Shown here: positions 1 to 6,490 of the stretch, one piece after another
Layout of the letters: each line of letters starts with the position of its first letter
Numbering within the stretch: position 1 is the stretch's first letter
Source: a virus
Lineage: Duplodnaviria > Caudoviricetes
Direction: 5' to 3' (one strand)
IMG/VR virus record: IMGVR_UViG_3300044638_003693
Location: 1 to 52,578 of that record
DNA length: 52,578 bases
Notes under the pieces: model-generated
Database searches by the model: none
Seen by the model: the letters and a program-made list of their open reading frames with translations, nothing else
What the model was told of the DNA's origin: nothing
Translations under genes and position numbers: made by a program

Positions 1-37
1 TGCTCGCTTCGCACGCATAGGCATAAAGGCTTCCAAC

Positions 38-99
38 CTAACAATTTGGTAACGCTCGGGCGTGTCGGCCTTGACGGCGGGAGAGAGAGAGTGTATGCT
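38..99 (+). promoter_or_regulatory. Sigma-A-type early promoter P1 with upstream TAAC direct-repeat box and GTGTC box
   Basis: TTGACG (71-76), 17 nt spacer, TATGCT (94-99). GTGTC at 62-66. CTAACA-N5-GTAACG at 38-54. Confidence 0.75.
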
Positions 100-121
100 A
101 CGCCCGCTAAGGCCAGCCAAG

Positions 122-172
122 ATAACGATTTGGTAACGGCTATTGCCCTTTCCCCCATAGAGAGAGTAGACT
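122..172 (+). promoter_or_regulatory. Second tandem early promoter P2 with TAAC direct-repeat box
   Basis: ATAACG-atttg-GTAACG (122-138), TTGCCC (143-148), 18 nt spacer, TAGACT (167-172). Confidence 0.55.
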
Positions 173-195
173 ACTCCGCCGCGAGCGCGGAAAGA

Positions 196-262
196 GCCTA
201 ATAAGCCTATTAAAGAGAGAGGCTAGGCACGCAGTTAGGCTACTGCCTAATAGCCCTATTAA
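196..262. repeat. Pair of 18-bp near-identical repeats with internal palindrome
   Basis: gcctaataagcctattaa (196-213) and gcctaatagccctattaa (245-262). Core TAATAG-cc-CTATTA is an inverted repeat. Confidence 0.6.
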
Positions 263-453
263 CCACGCAGGGATAAGCCCAGATGTAGAGCAGGTTGCCA
301 AACTTATTAGTAACTAAGGCTGTGGGTAGGTCTGCTACAACTAAACAAGACTGCTTATCTATCTCTATTGGTATCTCTATGAGTAGTTAGTGGTCGAATT
401 GACCAAGCGCCCAATTTTTTCCGCTTGGTTTGGCGTAGCAGGTGGCTTTGATT

Positions 454-475
454 TAGGTGAACAATAGGTGAACAA
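454..475 (-). promoter_or_regulatory. PHO box-like element (PhoP/RegX3-type 11-bp direct repeat)
   Basis: Perfect tandem TAGGTGAACAA x2, which reads GTTCACC-N4-GTTCACC on the - strand, the actinobacterial PHO-box unit and spacing. Confidence 0.65.
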
Positions 476-570
476 ATGGGCAAAACCCTATTTAGATGTC
501 TGGTGCTGTGCTTAGAATTGAGGGCAGGCAACCGCCTACACCTAAATACCAGAAAGCGAGAATACCGCCC

Positions 571-1971
571 ATGTCCATAGCACTAATGATTGAGAGCGAG
601 ATTGAGAGTGGCAAAGAGCAAACTCTCATTATCCCGACCAACACCGAAGTCCTCATGTTTCACCGACTATCCAATGGTCAGAGAGGTCGTGGTCAGCGCT
701 GGCAGTCAGTCAAGACGACTGATGAATTGCCAACGACCCTTATCACGTCAGAACCAAAGGCAGTCCTAATCAGCGCCCGAGATGTAGCAACCGCTGAACT
801 CGGCAACGTCACCGCCCTAGCAGTCAAGTTGCTTGCCGTAGAAAGCAAGCCTGCTAATGAGGCGTTCCCTATCGCCCACGCTGAAATCGCAGGCGAGGTC
901 ATTGAGCAGTTGCTCGCAGGCGACCCTGAACTGAACGCCTACATTAGTGACGGCAGACTACGCAACCCTATTACCTTTACGGCTATCGGAGTTAATCAGC
1001 CTGTTATGGAAAGCGCCTTTTACCCTGTCCTAGCGCAAGAGGTTAGCAATCCTATTCAGGTAGCACCTGCCCCAATCGCCCAAGCCCCAATTCCTGCCGT
1101 ATCAGCACCTCGCAAGGCAGAGGTCGAACTTGCTCGTATCCCAGATAAGAAATGGGCAGACGACTACCTGAACCGCAAAGTCGTAAATGGAAAGACCGAC
1201 TTCGACATACTTGACGTTGCTAAGGCTAATAAGCAGAACGTTCTAATCCGAGGTCACGCTGGCTCGGGTAAGACCATGTGTATCTTGGCATGGGCAAGCG
1301 CTCGTCAGTATCGCTACTACAACATCTCGGCGAACGTTGGGCTAGAACCAAGCCACCTATTCGGCGCTTGGACACCTACCGAACAGGCAGGCGTATTTAA
1401 GTGGCAAGACGGCGCTGTGACTGACCTCGTTAGGCATGGTGGAGTGCTTTTGCTCAACGAAATTGACTTTATGCCAGAGCGAATTACCACAGTCCTATTT
1501 GGACTGCTTGACGACAGGCGTGAAATCCAGTTGCTCGAAAATGGTGGCGAGGTAATCAAGGCGCACCCTGACCTCGTTGTAATCGGCGACCACAACCCGA
1601 ACTACCGAGGCAGTCGCCCAATGAACCAAGCATGGAAAGACCGCTTTGCTCACAAGTTGGAGTTTGACTACGACAGGTCAATCGAAAAGAAACTTATTAA
1701 GAGCGCCTCGTTGCTTGACGTTGCCCAAAAACTCCGTGACCAAGCGCACAAGGGCGAACTTGATACGCCTGTATCGACCAGAGGGCTTATGTCGTTCTGC
1801 CGAAACGTTGAGAACGTTGGGCTTGATTATGCCGTCACCTCTTACGTCAATGGATTTTCTGATGATGAACGTGAGGCAGTCAAGTTAGTTTTCGACACCG
1901 CCAAGTCTGGTATCGCCAGCGACTTTGGTATCACAATCAAGACCGCCCCTACCCAGAGTGACGAGGCTTAA
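571..1971 (+). CDS. MoxR/CbbQ/CobS-like AAA+ ATPase
   Basis: Walker A GHAGSGKT, Walker B LLLNEID, NPNYRG...DRF motifs, and a VWA partner downstream. Start placed at ATG 571 after AGAAAGCGAG (track ORF begins 496). Confidence 0.9.
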   Translation: MSIALMIESEIESGKEQTLIIPTNTEVLMFHRLSNGQRGRGQRWQSVKTTDELPTTLITSEPKAVLISARDVATAELGNVTALAVKLLAVESKPANEAFPIAHAEIAGEVIEQLLAGDPELNAYISDGRLRNPITFTAIGVNQPVMESAFYPVLAQEVSNPIQVAPAPIAQAPIPAVSAPRKAEVELARIPDKKWADDYLNRKVVNGKTDFDILDVAKANKQNVLIRGHAGSGKTMCILAWASARQYRYYNISANVGLEPSHLFGAWTPTEQAGVFKWQDGAVTDLVRHGGVLLLNEIDFMPERITTVLFGLLDDRREIQLLENGGEVIKAHPDLVVIGDHNPNYRGSRPMNQAWKDRFAHKLEFDYDRSIEKKLIKSASLLDVAQKLRDQAHKGELDTPVSTRGLMSFCRNVENVGLDYAVTSYVNGFSDDEREAVKLVFDTAKSGIASDFGITIKTAPTQSDEA

Positions 1972-1975
1972 TAAA

Positions 1976-4048
1976 ATGGCTAAACACATACGCAAAAACG
2001 TAGAATACGACAACGGCGAGGCTTGGCAAAAGTGGTCGGAGTGGGAACGTGAAAACGCTGACCTCTTGGCAGACATGGATTACAGTCACTCAGCGCTAGA
2101 CAAGATTGTTGCCGAAACTGGTCGTGACCGCAACGAAGTCTTTTTGGAACGTCAGCAGGCTTATTGGGAACTGCGAGAAGTCTGGCGGGCAGAGGAATAC
2201 GCTCGGCAGATGAAAAGTGGCGAGTATCTGATTATCAGGAATAATAAACTTGATAGCGCCTGTGCCATTTACCAAAAGGCAGACCGCATTTTGACCAACC
2301 TGCCTGTCCAAGTCTTTCTCAATGACGACCAAGCCAGCGCACCTGCTCACAATGACGGCAAGAACATTACGTTTAATGCCACGCTTATCAAAGACCTTGA
2401 TGATGAAACTGTGAGGTCGCTACATGGACTTAACTATCACGAACTAGCGCACCTGCTATTCACCCCTCGCATTGGCACAGCGCTCGGCAAGTGGGTCATG
2501 GAAAAGGTTAGTAAAACTGTTAAGGTAGAAACTTACCGATACAACCCTGTAACTGGCAAAACAGAACCCTTTAACTACGACCATGAGGTAGAGGAATTGG
2601 CAGAACAGCGCAGGCTGACCGCCTTTAACATTTTAGAGGACAGCCGAGCCGAGCGCCTGCTCACGATTAAGTATCCGAGCGTTAAGCCGTTCTTAACAGT
2701 CTTGATAAGCGATTACATTGTCGAACAGCCCGAGCAACTTGGCGAGGCGTTCTACCTGCTGGCTGGTCGTATGTATCTTGACCGAGAACTCCGAGCGCTA
2801 TCAGCACGCCTTTACGCTGATAAGTATGGCGAGGACAGGGCGAGGGCTATCTACGAAGTCATGGCAGAGTATCGCAAACTTATTTTCCCTCGGGATTACA
2901 CTCGGGCGCAGGAACTAATCACGACCTTAGTAAATCTATTGCCAGAGGAACAGTCTGGCGGTCAGGGTCACGGCGGTCACGGCGGTAGCCCGACAGGTTG
3001 TAGTCACCGACCTCTCATGCGAAACGGCAAGCCCCAGAGTGAGAAAGCCCAAGACGAACTTGATAAGCAAGACGGCGAGGAAAGCGTAAGTCCGTTCCCA
3101 GAAATCGGCGAGGGTGGCGATACCAACACAGGCGAAATCAGCAAAGACAACTCGCACTTTAACGAGGTTGCTAAGGAACTTGTTGATAAAGCCCAAGAGC
3201 AGTCCGAGCGTGCTAAGGCTGATAAGTCACTCAAACAAAAGGTGAGGGATACAGTCGGCGCTATCGCTAGGGATAACTCAACCAAGTCTATTCTTGGAGT
3301 TGCTAGGACTACTAAGCAAGAACCAGCGCAGTCCGAGGTCTTGGCTAGTCGTCTATTCGCCCAAGAGTTAGAGCGCCTGCGTATCGACAGCGACCCTGCT
3401 TGGATTACCGAAATGCCAACAGGCAAACTGAACGTTCAGCGTGCCATGAACGCCGACATCAACGACATCAACAAATTATTTAATCGTTGGGTAATGGGTA
3501 ATGACGACTACGACATTGAGGCTTGTATCCTCATGGACAGGTCAGGCTCTATGTGGACACAGATAGGCGCAGTCTGCCGTAGCGCTTGGGCAATCAAGCG
3601 TGCCGTTGAGAAAATCAACGGCAGGGTGTCGGTCATGACGTTCGGTGATGTATCTCGCACGCTCTACACCGCTGACGAGAAAGCGAAAGCAACTGAAATC
3701 CGCATGGTCGAAAGCGCTGGTGGAACTGACCCCTCGCTTGCGCTCAAAGAAACCGAGCGCATAATGGGCTTATCAACTGCTAAAACGAGGTTGGTCTTTG
3801 TGCTGACTGACGGCGCATTTAATCACAACGAAAATGACCAAATTATTAAGAAACTAAAAGACAACGGAGTTTATACCTCTATCGTATTTTTAGGGCATGA
3901 GGATTACATCAAGCGCATTATGAACAACGCCGAGGAACTGGAAAACATGAGACACGGCGCTCACGACCTACAAATAATCGGCAACCCTAACGACCTTGTT
4001 AAAGTTGCCAAGAGTGTCGTGCGCCACAACGTAAAAGGGAGACGATAA
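1976..4048 (+). CDS. CobT-like VWA-domain protein with N-terminal HExxH metallopeptidase-like domain
   Basis: HELAH plus downstream NILED, an acidic Gly-rich linker, and MIDAS DRSGS...GGT...LTDG. ATG 1976 directly follows the AAA stop. Confidence 0.88.
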   Translation: MAKHIRKNVEYDNGEAWQKWSEWERENADLLADMDYSHSALDKIVAETGRDRNEVFLERQQAYWELREVWRAEEYARQMKSGEYLIIRNNKLDSACAIYQKADRILTNLPVQVFLNDDQASAPAHNDGKNITFNATLIKDLDDETVRSLHGLNYHELAHLLFTPRIGTALGKWVMEKVSKTVKVETYRYNPVTGKTEPFNYDHEVEELAEQRRLTAFNILEDSRAERLLTIKYPSVKPFLTVLISDYIVEQPEQLGEAFYLLAGRMYLDRELRALSARLYADKYGEDRARAIYEVMAEYRKLIFPRDYTRAQELITTLVNLLPEEQSGGQGHGGHGGSPTGCSHRPLMRNGKPQSEKAQDELDKQDGEESVSPFPEIGEGGDTNTGEISKDNSHFNEVAKELVDKAQEQSERAKADKSLKQKVRDTVGAIARDNSTKSILGVARTTKQEPAQSEVLASRLFAQELERLRIDSDPAWITEMPTGKLNVQRAMNADINDINKLFNRWVMGNDDYDIEACILMDRSGSMWTQIGAVCRSAWAIKRAVEKINGRVSVMTFGDVSRTLYTADEKAKATEIRMVESAGGTDPSLALKETERIMGLSTAKTRLVFVLTDGAFNHNENDQIIKKLKDNGVYTSIVFLGHEDYIKRIMNNAEELENMRHGAHDLQIIGNPNDLVKVAKSVVRHNVKGRR

Positions 4049-4263
4049 TGGGCAAGCCTATTAAACCAGACTACGAGTGCGAGGACTGCGGTGCTACCAC
4101 TAGCACCCCAGTTAGCGAGTGTTGCGACTGGTGCTTACTAACCTTGTTTAGTGGCGAACACTCACCAATGCTTGACCTAGCACTTCACCGATACAAAAGC
4201 GTAGCGGATTGGGTCAAAGATGAAACCGACTATTCACCTGACGAGGAAACCGAGGATAACTAA
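4048..4263 (+). CDS. Small Cys-rich (Zn-ribbon-like) early protein
   Basis: CEDC...CCDWC; TAATG coupling to the upstream gene. Confidence 0.7.
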   Translation: MGKPIKPDYECEDCGATTSTPVSECCDWCLLTLFSGEHSPMLDLALHRYKSVADWVKDETDYSPDEETEDN

Positions 4264-4533
4264 ATGGATAACTACAAACCGCAAACAGTAGGCGAACTAA
4301 TCAAGAACCTTAGCGCCCTAGACCCTGCCGAAATTATTATCGGTGCGCTCTTTACGGCAGAGGACTTACAGTATTACCCTGACCTTGACGAGTATGCTGA
4401 CGACTACGAGGCAATCAAGCCGTCACCAGAACTAATGGCAAAGGTCGCCAAGCGCTACGACAACTCTGACGAGGCTATGTTTCTATCACAAACCTTAGAG
4501 GGCTGGCTCGCCGAGGAATTGGGGGATAAATAA
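4264..4533 (+). CDS. Small acidic hypothetical early protein
   Basis: Abuts the previous stop, has a GAGG SD, 89 aa. Confidence 0.75.
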   Translation: MDNYKPQTVGELIKNLSALDPAEIIIGALFTAEDLQYYPDLDEYADDYEAIKPSPELMAKVAKRYDNSDEAMFLSQTLEGWLAEELGDK

Positions 4534-4534
4534 A

Positions 4535-4663
4535 ATGGCTATCCTAATGTGCGACAACTGCGGATACGAAGTTGATGAAGTTGATGAACTTGACTTCTGC
4601 CAGACCTGCCGTAATGCTTACGAGGCAGGGTATCTATCTGGTCGTGGGGGGGTGAACAAATGA
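4535..4663 (+). CDS. 42-aa Zn-ribbon microprotein (not in ORF track)
   Basis: Hand-translated MAILMCDNCGYEVDEVDELDFCQTCRNAYEAGYLSGRGGVNK. It fills the gap and overlaps the next gene by ATGA. Confidence 0.7.
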   Translation: MAILMCDNCGYEVDEVDELDFCQTCRNAYEAGYLSGRGGVNK

Positions 4664-4866
4664 GCGAACAATTCAGAGTTGGATTTAGCAACGAGGAATA
4701 CGGCTGGTATTATTTTAGCGCCGACAGCAAAGAGCAGGCTGAGGAACTAATTGAGCAACTCCAAGAGGGAGTGCTTGACCCCGAGGAACTGCCTGACTTC
4801 TACAAGAAAACTAACGGCGGTTCTGACGAGATAATCTCAGTAGTTGAGAACTTGGGCGACAACTAA
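4660..4866 (+). CDS. Small acidic hypothetical early protein
   Basis: 68 aa, coupled to the upstream ORF, followed by a terminator. Confidence 0.75.
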   Translation: MSEQFRVGFSNEEYGWYYFSADSKEQAEELIEQLQEGVLDPEELPDFYKKTNGGSDEIISVVENLGDN

Positions 4867-4882
4867 ATAGCAATAAAGCATT

Positions 4883-4910
4883 AAGGCGGTCAGAAATGAC
4901 CGCCTTTTTT
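4883..4910 (+). terminator. Rho-independent terminator of the early operon
   Basis: AAGGCGGTCA-GAAA-TGACCGCCTT followed by a T run. Confidence 0.9.
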
Positions 4911-4962
4911 GCTACCTGAAACACCCTACCAGCAGACTTACGCGTGATTTTTTTGCTGACGG

Positions 4963-4989
4963 CTGGCACTCGTAGAGCAAGAGTGCGAG
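4963..4989. promoter_or_regulatory. CIRCE-like element (HrcA operator)
   Basis: CTGGCACTC-N9-GAGTGCGAG versus consensus TTAGCACTC-N9-GAGTGCTAA. The GCACTC/GAGTGC core and 9-nt spacer are exact. Confidence 0.7.
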
Positions 4990-4993
4990 AGAA

Positions 4994-5135
4994 TTAAATA
5001 GTAATTAGGTATTAAAATCCACCTGCGGCGAGGGTTTGTATGCCACCTGCGAACCCCAAAGCCCGCAAAATTAAATACCGAATTACCTATTTAACCAGAG
5101 AACCCAGAGCCATTTGAGAGCCGCCTGCGAACCCC
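4994..5135. repeat. Imperfect AT-rich inverted repeat plus three CC(A/G)CCTGCG copies
   Basis: ttaaatagtaattaggtattaa (4994-5015) is the near reverse complement of ttaaataccgaattacctatttaa (5071-5094). CC(A/G)CCTGCG at 5019, 5043 and 5121. Confidence 0.6.
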
Positions 5136-5158
5136 CCACCGACATTGAGGCGGGTTGC

Positions 5159-5223
5159 GACACGCCGTAGTTTGACTACTAGATGTAGTGGTATAGGCTA
5201 GGGCTAACCACAAGATGTAGTGG
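5159..5223 (+). promoter_or_regulatory. Promoter overlapped by tandem NrdR boxes
   Basis: TTGACT (5172-5177), 16 nt spacer, TAGGCT (5194-5199). CTACTAGATGTAGTGG (5176-5191) and CCACAAGATGTAGTGG (5208-5223) lie 32 bp apart. GACAC at 5159-5163. Confidence 0.72.
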
Positions 5224-5244
5224 TCATAGCAGAGAGGCGTTATC

Positions 5245-5667
5245 ATACAAACTTTCTTGCCCTATCCCAACCTAGCAAAAACAGCCGAAGTGCTGGACTA
5301 TCGCAGGCTTGGTAAGCAACGGATAGAAACATTACAGATACTCCACACCCTCACAGGGGTCAGCCACGGCTGGCGCAACCACCCCGCAGTCAAAATGTGG
5401 GAGGGGCATGAGGTAGTCCTAGCCGACTACGGAATAGCCATGTGTGAGGAGTGGATAGCGAGAGGATACAAAGATACAACCCTGCCTCGACTGCGAGAGA
5501 TAAGAGATAACTTGGAGAACCAAGTGAGAGAACTCCCGAGATGGTGGGGAGAGCCTGCCCTACATATCTCGCACCAGAGCAATCTAATTCGCAAAGACCC
5601 TATTTTCTACGGGCAATTATTTAGTGAAGTACCATACAATTTGCCTTATTACTGGCCTCTGCCATAG
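5245..5667 (+). CDS. Pyrimidine-dimer DNA glycosylase / T4 endonuclease V-like protein (MSMEG_6728-type family)
   Basis: QTFLPYP...LDYRRLGKQRIE...GWRNHPAVKMW...HQSNLIRKDP...YYWP family signature. The conserved N-terminus begins at ATA 5245 after GAGAGG. Confidence 0.85.
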   Translation: MQTFLPYPNLAKTAEVLDYRRLGKQRIETLQILHTLTGVSHGWRNHPAVKMWEGHEVVLADYGIAMCEEWIARGYKDTTLPRLREIRDNLENQVRELPRWWGEPALHISHQSNLIRKDPIFYGQLFSEVPYNLPYYWPLP

Positions 5668-5678
5668 CCTGCTCATCT

Positions 5679-5704
5679 ACCGGCAGCGGCCTGTTGCTGC
5701 CGGT
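5679..5704. terminator. GC-rich hairpin between convergent operons
   Basis: ACCGGCAGCGG-CCTG-TTGCTGCCGGT; no clean U-tract. Confidence 0.55.
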
Positions 5705-5710
5705 GAAGGG

Positions 5711-5808
5711 TTTTGAGAGAGAGATTTCAGAGAGTTAAATAAGAGAGAGCCATTTTGAGAGAGAGATTTTGAGAGAGAAAGAGAGAGATTTTGAGAGAGA
5801 GCCATTTC
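5711..5808. repeat. GA-rich tandem low-complexity repeat (unit about ATTTTGAGAGAGAG)
   Basis: Several copies of TTTGAGAGAGAG/GAGAGAG and two GAGAGAGCCATTT within about 100 bp. Confidence 0.85.
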
Positions 5809-5823
5809 ACGTCAAAAAGAGTG

Positions 5824-6490
5824 CTATTAGTAACTAACTCTATTCGGGGTTAATCTGCTCGATAATGCGATTTGTCTGCTGTTCGTTCATGCCACCATTA
5901 GGTAATTCGTTAAGAACTTGCGCCCTATCACCGAATAAAGCAGAGAGAACTCCCGAGCCACCAGAGCGTTCAGCGGTAATTCTAATGGTCTCTTTTGACT
6001 GGTCTAATTTGTTAATTTGTTCCAGCATTTTAAAGAACCTGTCGATTTCTTGACCAACATTTGGGTCAGGATAACCACCATTTATGTCCTCTGTAAACTT
6101 AGCAAAAGCCACCCGCTGCCCTTGTATTTCAAGGAAAGCGTTGATTAGAGCCTTGAGTTGTTCTTTAGTTTTTAACTCGACTGGCAGGTTAAATGCGCAA
6201 GCGCTGTCGGGCTTGGCAGCAGGGCAACTATCCTTTACAAAACAGGTATTACATTGGCGCAAACTGCTACCGCTTGAGCGGGCAACAGGCACATCTTTTA
6301 CTACATCAATGCCGTTCTCATCAGTTTCGATTACTCGGGTAAAGTCAATGTTTAGGACAGGCAAAGTGCGCATTTCGTCAGGATTTCGCCCCTGAACTTT
6401 CCGCTGTTCGACCCCCCTCTTAGTAACATCAAGTGGGGTAGTTTCCGCTTTTTGGGGGGGTAGTGTATCGTCACTATTAGTAACTAACTC
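5824..6490. repeat. 17-bp perfect direct repeat CTATTAGTAACTAACTC
   Basis: Copies at 5824-5840 and 6474-6490; the 13-bp core is also at 305-317. Contains the palindrome TTAGT-A-ACTAA. Confidence 0.85.

Noticed and set aside
571-4048. Cobalamin biosynthesis (cobS/cobT) auxiliary metabolic genes
   Set aside because: The similarity reflects the generic AAA+/VWA architecture; no cobN or other cob genes are present, and the partner has a peptidase-like domain.
5193-5212. IdeR/DtxR box (TAGGCTAGGGCTAACC)
   Set aside because: Only about 12 of 19 positions match and the spacing is off by one; better explained as the -10 region between the NrdR boxes.
5711-5808. GA repeats as a CRISPR array
   Set aside because: Low-complexity units with no unique spacers and no cas operon.
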